This document shows positions 38,809 to 47,699 of a DNA stretch of 64,000 bases, piece by piece (the stretch's first letter is position 1; each line of letters starts with the position of its first letter). This DNA comes from Terrimicrobiaceae bacterium (GTDB taxonomy: Bacteria; Verrucomicrobiota; Verrucomicrobiia; Chthoniobacterales; Terrimicrobiaceae): contig JBIIPZ010000004.1 in the NCBI GenBank assembly GCA_044342325.1, forward strand, positions 36,418 to 100,417, in the 5' to 3' direction. Below the pieces are notes generated by a model. That model made no database searches and was not told the origin of the DNA. It saw only the letters and a program-made list of their open reading frames with translations. Both the position numbers and the translations under genes were made by a program.

Positions 38809-40962
38809 ATGAACACGGAAGACTCCAACGAAATCCAACTCCACTTTCTCGATTATTGGCGCGTCATTCGCATACGCTTTCCGCTTATCGTTTTGGTTTT
38901 TCTCTTGGTGGTAATCACAACGGGCGTCGTTACTTATTTTCTTCCTAAGCAATACGAATCCAGCGTCACGATGCAGATCAACCAGAATGCCACCTACATG
39001 AAGGTGTTCGATGATGGTTCGGGGGGCAGAGGTTTTGATCCGCGCTTCATTACGACGCAATTTGAGATCATTCAGCGAAAGGAAATCCTTTATCCGGTCA
39101 TAGAGGCTCTGGGTCTTGAGAAAACATGGAAAAAGCTATATGGCGTTGTTGGAAAGGAACAAACGCTTTATCGTCTCCGGCGGATGATCGACGTGCGGGA
39201 AATCCGTAATACCGAACTCATTCAAATCAGTGTTCTCGATCAGGATAAAAACGAAGCCTCGGAAATTGCCAATCGCATCGCTGAGGAATACCAGCGCCGC
39301 CGCATCGGGGAACAGCAGGGCACCGTCAATCGCTCACTCGTCCAACTTAAAGACGAGGTTGCCAAGCAAAGTCGTCGGGTGGATGAATTACGGGCAGAGG
39401 CGCAAAGAATCCGGATCGAAAATGAAATTCAGGATTTGAATCCCGACAGCGTTGTGGACCCCATGCAGGCGGCGAACGAGGTGCTCCTTTCTGTGGAGCA
39501 GCAGGTGAGCACGGAGCGTTTGCGTGTTTCCTCGCTACGCGCCAAATACGAACAGATCAGCAAGCTCTCTGATGACCAGATCATGCGCAGCATCAGCACC
39601 TTGGATGTTCAAGATCCCACGATTACCCAGATGCTTCCGCAATATCAGGAGGTGGCTTCCGAAGAGGCTCGCATGCTGAATAGTGGATTGGGAATCAACC
39701 ATCCCACGGTTAAATCCCTTCGCGCCAAAAAGGATGTTATGGCCACACAGTTGGCGGCTCAAATTGCATCGCTTCGCGCTAGCATGGAAGCAAATATTCG
39801 GATTGGCGAGGAATCGACCAAGGAACTTGAACAGCGGCTCCGCGAGTCCCAGACGAAACAGCAGACCTCCAAAACCCGTGCATCTGGATACTACGAGGCC
39901 AAGAATAGTTACATTCAGGCCAAAAAAATCCTTGAGGCCGCTGAGATGCGTCTCTCTACCGAAACCATGCAGCGCACTATGCCTCAGGATCCTGCAGTGA
40001 TCTGGGAACGCGCAGAACCGGCTGATTTCCCTTCACGCCCGCGAGTGCTTCTCAACATGTTACTTGGCGTAATCGTGGGACTGGGATTCGGTATCGGGTT
40101 GGCTTTTTTCATTGAGTATCTCGATACCAGTGTGAAGACGCTTCAGGACTTGGAGAAGATCCTGCAGGTGCCGGTTCTTGCGGTCATTCCGAAGGATATC
40201 AGCCTATTGATCAAAGGAAGCGACGACAATCCAGATGCCGAGGCCTACCGCATCATGCGAACCAACATAGAATTCAACCGCAAATCCCCTGCGGCAAGCT
40301 CGATTACGATAGTGAGCGGTGGTGCGGGAGAGGGCAAGTCAACCACACTGAATAACTTGGCTTACACATTTGCGAAAGGTGGTTACTTGACGCTGGTCGT
40401 GGATGCCGATTTAAGGCGTCCTTCGCAACACCGCCTTTTTGGTGTCGAAAATAAATTTGGCTTAAGTGATTGTTTGACAAAACAAATGGATTTGGAGGAA
40501 GTCATCCAAACTACGAAACTGGAGAATCTTTACTTTCTGCCCAGCGGTCAACTTCCAAGGGATGCCGTGGGAATTTTGAACTCCCAGCGCATGCTGGATT
40601 TCATTCAAGATGTGAAAAGCCGGTTCGACATTGTCTTTTTTGATTCACCGCCAATCCTAGGCGTCAGCGATGCTTCGGTGCTTTCAAGCGAAATGGATTT
40701 GACGATCATCGTTGTTCAACATCGTCGGTTTCCAAAAACGATGCTTCAACGGGTTAAACAGGCAATCGATAATGTGGGGGGCACCACATTGGGTGCTGTT
40801 CTCAATAATGTCGATATCCGCCACGATCAATCCTACGAATACTACACAAGTTATTACAACTATTATAGTAAACCTCAGGACTCAGCGCAGAAAAGTGGCT
40901 CCGATGCCAAGAAATCCTCATTAAATTCAGTAAAAACCAACAACAAAACCGGTGAATATTAA
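38809..40962 (+). CDS. wzc: Polysaccharide co-polymerase / tyrosine autokinase
   Basis: Two TM segments flanking a coiled coil, AEAYR, GEGKS, VDADLRRP, DSPP, C-terminal Tyr cluster YEYYTSYYNYY. Confidence 0.9.
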   Translation: MNTEDSNEIQLHFLDYWRVIRIRFPLIVLVFLLVVITTGVVTYFLPKQYESSVTMQINQNATYMKVFDDGSGGRGFDPRFITTQFEIIQRKEILYPVIEALGLEKTWKKLYGVVGKEQTLYRLRRMIDVREIRNTELIQISVLDQDKNEASEIANRIAEEYQRRRIGEQQGTVNRSLVQLKDEVAKQSRRVDELRAEAQRIRIENEIQDLNPDSVVDPMQAANEVLLSVEQQVSTERLRVSSLRAKYEQISKLSDDQIMRSISTLDVQDPTITQMLPQYQEVASEEARMLNSGLGINHPTVKSLRAKKDVMATQLAAQIASLRASMEANIRIGEESTKELEQRLRESQTKQQTSKTRASGYYEAKNSYIQAKKILEAAEMRLSTETMQRTMPQDPAVIWERAEPADFPSRPRVLLNMLLGVIVGLGFGIGLAFFIEYLDTSVKTLQDLEKILQVPVLAVIPKDISLLIKGSDDNPDAEAYRIMRTNIEFNRKSPAASSITIVSGGAGEGKSTTLNNLAYTFAKGGYLTLVVDADLRRPSQHRLFGVENKFGLSDCLTKQMDLEEVIQTTKLENLYFLPSGQLPRDAVGILNSQRMLDFIQDVKSRFDIVFFDSPPILGVSDASVLSSEMDLTIIVVQHRRFPKTMLQRVKQAIDNVGGTTLGAVLNNVDIRHDQSYEYYTSYYNYYSKPQDSAQKSGSDAKKSSLNSVKTNNKTGEY

Positions 40963-41509
40963 ACTTTTCATTGGAGCAATCGCTTTTGTTCTTCTATCAG
41001 TTACTCTCTTTGCGCAGGATGCGGTGCTGCGGTCTGGAGATTCTTTGGAGATCCGTATAGGAGGAGTGCCTGCTGAGGAAGTTCAGCAAGTTTCTGGAAC
41101 TTATACAATTGATGGTGATGGGTATGTGAATCTCCCTCATATTGGAAAAGTGCGTGCTTCTGAGGCTACGCAGTCGGAATTGCAGAGGGCTATCGAGTCG
41201 GCCTACATCTCACGCCAGATTTATACAAATCCCTCGATCACACTCACTATTCCAAATATGGCGCGTTTTGTGAATACAGGTGGCGAGGTGAAAGCTCCTC
41301 AGCGTGTTCCTTTTACAGCGGATCTTACGCTGCTCGGAGCCATCAGCGCCTCTGGCGGCTTCACGGATTTTGCGGATCAAGGAAAAGTTCGCCTCTTGCG
41401 GGATGGAAAGGTCACGGTCGTGAATGTCAAGGAGGTTCGAAAAGACCCCGAGAAGGATATCCGCCTCAAACCTGGCGATCGGATCGAAGTGCCGCAAAGT
41501 TTTTGGTGA
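40952..41509 (+). CDS. Short polysaccharide export (OPX/Wza-like) protein
   Basis: Poly_export motif (GDSL...IDGDG-VNLPHIG) plus one SLBB domain (GEVKAP, GGFTDFA, LKPGD). Confidence 0.85.
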   Translation: MNIKLFIGAIAFVLLSVTLFAQDAVLRSGDSLEIRIGGVPAEEVQQVSGTYTIDGDGYVNLPHIGKVRASEATQSELQRAIESAYISRQIYTNPSITLTIPNMARFVNTGGEVKAPQRVPFTADLTLLGAISASGGFTDFADQGKVRLLRDGKVTVVNVKEVRKDPEKDIRLKPGDRIEVPQSFW

Positions 41510-41528
41510 GTCTGAGGGTAAATTTTTA

Positions 41529-42071
41529 ATGAACGATTTCGAAAACGAGGAGCTCCAGTGGTTTTGCGTCAAATGCAAGCCTCGTCAGGAATCCACGGCT
41601 AAGCGGAGTATCCTGAGGGATATTGGCGCGGAGGTTTTTTGTCCGATGCTTCGCTTTGAGCGTGCGCGGCGCAGCGGTCGGGTTCGTGTTACGGAAGCGA
41701 TGTTCCCGGGTTACTTGTTCGCGCGCTTCAACTACCGGACCCAGCATCGCCATTTAGGGGCATGCCATGGCGTTTCCCACATCGTTAAGTTTGGTGGAAT
41801 CGCGGCGGTGGTCGGTGAGGATATCATTAAGGCTCTACGCGAGGTGGTGGTTGATGAGGAGACTGTTGAAATTCGCACGCAGATCGAAGTTGGTAGCGAG
41901 GTGCAGGTTCTGCAGGGACCATTCAGCGGAATCAGGGCGCTTGTCACGCAGGTGCTTCCGGCACAGGCGCGCGTGAAGGTGCTGCTAGAGCTTCTTGGCA
42001 TGGAGCGGGAAGTAGAGATCGATGAGAGCGGCGTCCTGCCTCACATCGCTCATCCTCTTGCCCCGAATTAG
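41529..42071 (+). CDS. NusG paralog (RfaH/UpxY-like antiterminator)
   Basis: WFCVKCKPRQE, MFPGYLF, KOW motif GPFSG...RVKVLLELLG. Confidence 0.85.
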   Translation: MNDFENEELQWFCVKCKPRQESTAKRSILRDIGAEVFCPMLRFERARRSGRVRVTEAMFPGYLFARFNYRTQHRHLGACHGVSHIVKFGGIAAVVGEDIIKALREVVVDEETVEIRTQIEVGSEVQVLQGPFSGIRALVTQVLPAQARVKVLLELLGMEREVEIDESGVLPHIAHPLAPN

Positions 42072-42637
42072 TTTCTTTTCAAAAAATCAGGCTCTTGCTT
42101 TGTCGGCGGGGTTTTCAGCATCGGCTTGGCAGCAGGAGGCTTCGGGGGATTGATGGCTCTCACATTCGACTTGGTCAGGAGCGGGATTTCACGCAGGGCT
42201 TCGATTCGGACTCTCGCGATTCCTCGGTCGTAGGTGCCCAATTTTTTCGCGGCGGCAACACTGAGGTCGATGATGCGACCTTTGACAAAGGGCCCGCGAT
42301 TGTTGATGCGCACGATCAGCGAGTTGCCGGTTTTCAAATCCACAACCCTGACTCGTGTGTTGAACGGGAGTTTCTTGTGCGCTGCCGTGACATCGCCGGC
42401 GCGGTAGGTCTCGCCGTTTGCGGTCAAGCGTCCGACCCAACGCCCGCCATACCAGGATGCCACCCCATACTCCACTAAAGTCGGCGTGCCGGAGTAAACC
42501 TGTGCATGGCGTCCATTGGGCGATGTATCGATAACCATTCGCGTCTGGCAACCCGCGAGGAACAGGCAAAGAACGAGAAACAAACCACTACGCCATCCTC
42601 TCGATGTCGATTGATCGCGCTGTGATTCGGGGGTCAT
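42068..42637 (-). CDS. rlpA: RlpA family septal lytic transglycosylase lipoprotein
   Basis: Lipobox FLAGC, GVASWYG, TANGE, TAAHKKLP, RINNRGPF, IIDLS. Confidence 0.88.
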   Translation of the reverse strand: MTPESQRDQSTSRGWRSGLFLVLCLFLAGCQTRMVIDTSPNGRHAQVYSGTPTLVEYGVASWYGGRWVGRLTANGETYRAGDVTAAHKKLPFNTRVRVVDLKTGNSLIVRINNRGPFVKGRIIDLSVAAAKKLGTYDRGIARVRIEALREIPLLTKSNVRAINPPKPPAAKPMLKTPPTKQEPDFLKRN

Positions 42638-43518
42638 GGGGTTTGGGAGTCCAATAGGGCGAGGGCGGCCGAAAGCGCGGCTTCGGGAGTGGTCGATCCG
42701 CTTAAATTCAACGAAGGAAAAGTAAATTGCGTGCGCCCCCAGGTCAATTGGCGTTTCGCGTAGCGCTGTGTCGCTAGCACCATGGCGGATTTGCAGGCGC
42801 TCTCGGTGATTTCTCTTTGGAGGAGTTGCTGGATTTCCCGGAAGCCGATGGCGCGTGCGGCGCCATCCCCCGCATGCGTTGCGTCCTTCACTTCCTCAAC
42901 GACACCGGAGGCAAACATGGCATCGACATTCGCTGCAATTCGGCTTCGCAGATCCTCGCGATCCCGCGTGAGCACAAGGCCTCGAAAGAGTCCCTTGTCT
43001 TCGCTCCAAGCGCTTCGGGATTCCGCCAAGGGGCGACCGGTGAGCAGCACGATTTCGAGAGCGCGCCGAACTCTCACGGGATTGCGTGTGTCGATCGCAG
43101 CAGGCGCGGCGGGATCTTTTTCAGAAAGTGCCGCCAGCGCATCCTCCAGTGGCATGGCCCAGATGCTGGCGCGCAAATCGGCATCCGCCTTCGGCATTTC
43201 GGCCAAGCCGTGAGTGACGGCTTTCAAATAAAGCCCGGTGCCTCCCGCTAAAATCGGCACGCGACCGCGTGACTGGATATCTCGAATGCAGCGCCAGGCC
43301 TCTTTTGCATACATCGCGGCGTCGAAGCCCTGCCGGAGATCTAAAAAACCAACGAGATGGTGGGGAACAAGCGCATGCTGATCTTTTGTCGCCTGTGCCG
43401 TAAGAATCGGCAGCCCGGCATAGATTTGAAAAGCATCCGCACCTACGACTTCTCCTCCAACGCGGAGGGCCAGCGCAATGGCGAGGGCGGATTTCCCTGC
43501 GCCTGTGGGCCCCGTCAC
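42634..43518 (-). CDS. miaA: tRNA dimethylallyltransferase
   Basis: GPTGAGKS, DAFQIY, PHHL, GGTGLY, RYAKRQLTW; the true start may lie upstream. Confidence 0.93.
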   Translation of the reverse strand: MTGPTGAGKSALAIALALRVGGEVVGADAFQIYAGLPILTAQATKDQHALVPHHLVGFLDLRQGFDAAMYAKEAWRCIRDIQSRGRVPILAGGTGLYLKAVTHGLAEMPKADADLRASIWAMPLEDALAALSEKDPAAPAAIDTRNPVRVRRALEIVLLTGRPLAESRSAWSEDKGLFRGLVLTRDREDLRSRIAANVDAMFASGVVEEVKDATHAGDGAARAIGFREIQQLLQREITESACKSAMVLATQRYAKRQLTWGRTQFTFPSLNLSGSTTPEAALSAALALLDSQTP

Positions 43519-43558
43519 GATGATCGGACGGGACCCTTGGGCGAAGGATGTTTGAGAC

Positions 43559-44149
43559 TTACTCAGCGGCCTGGGCGGGGCGCTCCGAGCGGCGCTCTTC
43601 GAGCGCTTTGGCTCCGCTCACCACGAGTTTGCGGCTCATGAATTCCTTGTCGTGGAGCTCGGAAACGGCGCGTTTCGCTTCATCCACCGACTGCATTTGC
43701 ACGAAGGCAAATCCCTTCGAGCGCATGTTGTGGCGATTAACGACGATTTCCACATTTTGCACCGATCCGACTCCGTTGAAGAGGTCGAACAGGTCGCTTT
43801 CGCCGGCGTCGAATGACAGGTTGCCCACATAGAGACGGGACGAGGTGACCTCTACAAGCTCCGGCGTGCGCATGCCGGTTGGTCGTTCGCTGCGGCTCTG
43901 GCGCTCGCGGGCGGGGCGCTCGGGGGAGGCGCTGTCGCTGCTGCGGGCAGAGCGTTCCTCGCGTGCGGGTTTTTTTGGTTCCTCTTGTTTACCGGTCAGG
44001 AATCCGAGGATTCGTGCGAGGAGCGATTTTTTTGCTTTGGGTTTGTTTTCGTGCTGGGCGGAGCTGGATCGGTTGCCTCGATCGGAGCGTCGGCCGGACC
44101 CGCGGCGCGACGAACGGCGTGTTCCGCTGGGTGAGTATTCTGATGACAT
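43559..44149 (-). CDS. RRM RNA-binding protein with Arg/Ser-rich N-terminal extension
   Basis: RNP2 LYVGNL and RNP1 KGFAFVQM; start ATG 44149. Confidence 0.88.
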   Translation of the reverse strand: MSSEYSPSGTRRSSRRGSGRRSDRGNRSSSAQHENKPKAKKSLLARILGFLTGKQEEPKKPAREERSARSSDSASPERPARERQSRSERPTGMRTPELVEVTSSRLYVGNLSFDAGESDLFDLFNGVGSVQNVEIVVNRHNMRSKGFAFVQMQSVDEAKRAVSELHDKEFMSRKLVVSGAKALEERRSERPAQAAE

Positions 44150-44486
44150 GGTTTCTATTATTGCGTTGCATGGCCGACCCGCCGCGCGGAGATATCCTCC
44201 CCGCAGGAACGGCACGGACGGCAGTTCTATTTCCGACGGTGCGCACCCCCTTGCAAGTGTGTGCTTAACGCACACTGCAAAGAACATGAGTGACGCGATG
44301 AATTCAGACCTTGGACCGAAATGAAATGGGTCGCAGGAGCCGTATTGCATAATATGATAGCGTCGGAAACGCTTTAAACATTCCCTATTTAAAACGGAAA
44401 CTCAAGGCGGAAATGATGCGTGATTTTTGTCAACGCGCATTTATTTTGCTTATGTTGGCTGTTTTTTGTTCGATAGAATGAATTCT

Positions 44487-44897
44487 ATGAAATGTCTGCT
44501 TCTTCTCATTGCTGTGTTGGTGTCCGGTTGTGCAGCGATCGAGCAAGCTGATCGCTCGAACACGGAGAGACTCTTGGCGGCTGCCGGATTCAAGGTTTTG
44601 CCCGCCAATACGCCCGAGCGCCAACTCTCTCTCGAGGCGATGCCCTCTTATAAGGTCGAACGCAAACTCAAAGGCGATGAGGTTTTTTATTTCTACGCGT
44701 GTCCGGATCAAAGCATCGCCTACATCGGAAATCAGACTGACTACTCGAAATACCGCGAACTCGAGCTTCAGCAGGAAATCGCCAATCAAAACACCGCCGC
44801 TTCCGAAAATACCATGCTCGCTGCCCAGCAATGGAACGACTGGCGAGTCTGGGGACCATCCGCCGCCCTACCTCCGCCTCGCATGGGGCATCGCTGA
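44487..44897 (+). CDS. Hypothetical lipoprotein
   Basis: MKCLLLLIAVLVSGC lipobox; LLAAAGF...AYIGNQTDY. Confidence 0.7.
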   Translation: MKCLLLLIAVLVSGCAAIEQADRSNTERLLAAAGFKVLPANTPERQLSLEAMPSYKVERKLKGDEVFYFYACPDQSIAYIGNQTDYSKYRELELQQEIANQNTAASENTMLAAQQWNDWRVWGPSAALPPPRMGHR

Positions 44898-44964
44898 GCC
44901 TGTGTGACGCGGTCTTCGAAAAGTCTGGCCGCAACTTTGGTGGGAGATGTGTGTTTAAATAAAC

Positions 44965-46341
44965 ATGCTCGCCCCGCTTCCTGCCAACGAATGGACTCTT
45001 CAAGCTGCTGCCCATCTTTTGAATCGCGCGGCCTTTGGCGGTTCGCCTGAGGAAATTCAGAGACTCCACGCCATGGGGCATGCCGCCGCTGTGCGCAGTC
45101 TCTTGCATGCGGGTGAGGATGAAGATCTCTATCCCGCTCCGGAGATCCAGCCGATGAAAATTCAGCGTCCTCGAAACGACTCGATGACACCGGAAGAGCT
45201 CGCGGAGAAGAGAAAACTCATGCAAGCGCAGGCGAGGGAACAGACTCAAGTCGCCCGGTTTTGGTGGATTCAGCGCATGGCTACAACGCCCTACCCGGCA
45301 CGCGAGAAGTGTGTCCTTTTTTGGCATGGTCACTGGGCGACAAGTATTCAAAAGGTCAACGATCCATTCCTGATTTTGCAGCAGAATCAAACACTGCGCG
45401 CCCATGCCTTCGGTCCGTTTGCTCCTTTTGCGAAAGAGATGTCGAAAGACCCTGCGATGATACGCTACCTCGACCTCAACTCGAGCAAGGTAGGGTATCC
45501 GAATGAAAATTTCGCGCGGGAATTCTTGGAGTTGTTCACTCTGGGTGAGGGTTGCTACAGCGAGGAAGACATCCAAGAGACAGCGCGAGCTTTCACCGGA
45601 TATCGCATCAATCCTCAAACAGGCGCGTTTTTGTTCTCTAAAAAAAACCACGACGCAGGCACGAAAAAAATCTTCGGGAAGACCGGCGCGTTCGATGGGG
45701 ATGCAACGGTGGATCTCATCGTGTCCAAGCCCGAGTGCGCGGAGTTCCTCTCGGCGAAAATCTGGAATTTCTATGCGGGTGAAAAGCCTGCTGGCCCACT
45801 GAATCAGGTTCTCGCCTCGGAATACCGTGCATCGGGCATGCAAACCGGGGATTTTCTCGAAAGGATTTTTTTAAGCCGTGAGTTTTACTCGCCAAAATAT
45901 CGGCGGCGTCAGATCAAGAGCCCTATTCAGTGGCTCATCCAAACTTGCAAAACTCTCGAAAGACCACTTCCGGATAGGAGAGCGATCCACGCGAGCCAGG
46001 AGCAACTCGGCCAAGTTCTCTTTGCTCCACCCAATGTGAAAGGTTGGGATGGTGGACGCGCTTGGATCAGTTCCTCCTCGCTTCTGCTGCGTTACAATCT
46101 CGGAGGAGCGCTCGTGCGAGGTGGCGGTGACGCTGCGCCGGATATTGAAAAAATCCTGCCTGTCGGCATCGCACCTTCGCAGGCTTGCGACCTGCTGGCG
46201 TGGCGCCTTTTTCAGGGCCCCATGAGCCCCACGCTGCGTGAAAAGACCCTTCACCTCCTCGAAAAAAATGGAAGCTCGCCCGCTGCCCGTCGCGACATTG
46301 TCCATCTCTTGATGAGCACCCCAGAATTCCAACTGACATGA
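44965..46341 (+). CDS. DUF1800 family protein
   Basis: AHLLNRAAFG, EK-LFWHGHWAT, DPAMIRYLD, NENFAREFLELFTLG, PPNVKGW, PEFQL. Confidence 0.9.
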   Translation: MLAPLPANEWTLQAAAHLLNRAAFGGSPEEIQRLHAMGHAAAVRSLLHAGEDEDLYPAPEIQPMKIQRPRNDSMTPEELAEKRKLMQAQAREQTQVARFWWIQRMATTPYPAREKCVLFWHGHWATSIQKVNDPFLILQQNQTLRAHAFGPFAPFAKEMSKDPAMIRYLDLNSSKVGYPNENFAREFLELFTLGEGCYSEEDIQETARAFTGYRINPQTGAFLFSKKNHDAGTKKIFGKTGAFDGDATVDLIVSKPECAEFLSAKIWNFYAGEKPAGPLNQVLASEYRASGMQTGDFLERIFLSREFYSPKYRRRQIKSPIQWLIQTCKTLERPLPDRRAIHASQEQLGQVLFAPPNVKGWDGGRAWISSSSLLLRYNLGGALVRGGGDAAPDIEKILPVGIAPSQACDLLAWRLFQGPMSPTLREKTLHLLEKNGSSPAARRDIVHLLMSTPEFQLT

Positions 46342-47642
46342 AACACACCCTCCACACACGCCGACAGTTCCTTCGCACTTCCCTCCTTGGCGGGGCCGTC
46401 TCCTGGACAATTCCCGCCTTTCTGGAGCGCACCTTTTTCACGCTCGATGCCATGGCTGCGGACTCCGCCATCCAGACCGCAACGGGAAAGGACGGCCCGA
46501 TCCTGATCGTCCTCCAGCTGGCGGGCGGCAATGATGGCCTCAACACTTTGGTGCCGTTTGGTGATGATGCCTATTTCCGCGCTAGGCCAACTCTTGCCAT
46601 CCCTGGCGGAAAGACGCTGCGCTTGACCGATCATTTTGGATTGAATCCCAAGCTTGTCGGCCTCAAGTCGCTTCACGACGAGGGGCACCTTGCGATTGTG
46701 CAAGGTGTGGGCTACCCGAATCCAAACCGCTCGCACTTTCGTTCCACCGAGATTTGGCATACCGCCTCCGATAGCAGCGTGACCGAAAAGTATGGATGGA
46801 TGGGGCGCTACTTCGACTCCTGCTGCAAAGGGGAGGAGCCCGCCATCGGAGTCAGTATCGGAGGTCAGCCTCCGCAGGCCTTTGCAGCTCCAGAACCGCG
46901 TGGAATCACATTCTCTCGGCCGGAGCAATTCCGCTTCGACCTGAAAAATACATCCGACCGCAATGTCGCGGACGATTTTTTTCGCTCAGTAAATGATTTC
47001 GAATCCGGTGAGATGGATGGGGCGAGTATCGGGATGCTTCCTGGTCATGCCGATGGAGCCGGTGATACGCTGGATTTCCTTCAACGAACCTCCCTCGATG
47101 CCGTTATGAGTTCCGACAAGATTGCCGAGATCACTAAACGCACCCGGCCAGGGGCCTCCTACCCGTCGAACAGGCTTGCCGACTCCTTCAACCTCGTCGC
47201 CAGACTCATCGGAGGGGGAATGCCCACGCGGGTCTACTATGTGGCTCAAGGCGGATACGACACACACAGCAACCAGACTGGCGCCCATGAAAGGCTCATG
47301 GCGGAACTCGACTCCTCGCTCACCGCATTCTGCACGGATCTGAAAGCACAGGGAAATTTCGAGCGGGTTCTTGTGATGAGCTTCAGCGAATTCGGCCGCC
47401 GGGTTCAGGAAAATGCCAGCGGCGGCACGGACCACGGCGCCGCCGCGCCACTTTTCGTAGTTGGAGGAAAAGTCAAACCCGGCATCTACGGAGCGGCTCC
47501 CAGCCTTACGAAATTGCACGATGGCGATATCATCCACAGCGTCGACTTCCGTAGCGTTTACGCGACCGTTTTGTCGAAATGGCTCAATGCCCCCGTCGAG
47601 CCCATCCTGAAACGCAACTTCCCCGTCCTGCCTTTTGTTTGA
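46338..47642 (+). CDS. DUF1501 family protein (Tat signal)
   Basis: TRRQFL, LAGGNDGLN, NRSHF, GGYDTH, SEFGRR-EN-GTDHG, DFRSVY. Confidence 0.9.
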   Translation: MKHTLHTRRQFLRTSLLGGAVSWTIPAFLERTFFTLDAMAADSAIQTATGKDGPILIVLQLAGGNDGLNTLVPFGDDAYFRARPTLAIPGGKTLRLTDHFGLNPKLVGLKSLHDEGHLAIVQGVGYPNPNRSHFRSTEIWHTASDSSVTEKYGWMGRYFDSCCKGEEPAIGVSIGGQPPQAFAAPEPRGITFSRPEQFRFDLKNTSDRNVADDFFRSVNDFESGEMDGASIGMLPGHADGAGDTLDFLQRTSLDAVMSSDKIAEITKRTRPGASYPSNRLADSFNLVARLIGGGMPTRVYYVAQGGYDTHSNQTGAHERLMAELDSSLTAFCTDLKAQGNFERVLVMSFSEFGRRVQENASGGTDHGAAAPLFVVGGKVKPGIYGAAPSLTKLHDGDIIHSVDFRSVYATVLSKWLNAPVEPILKRNFPVLPFV

Positions 47643-47699
47643 TCCCCAGCCTTGAGCGCGGGATTGATGCGGCGGCGTGTTTGCAGTCTACTCGTGAGG

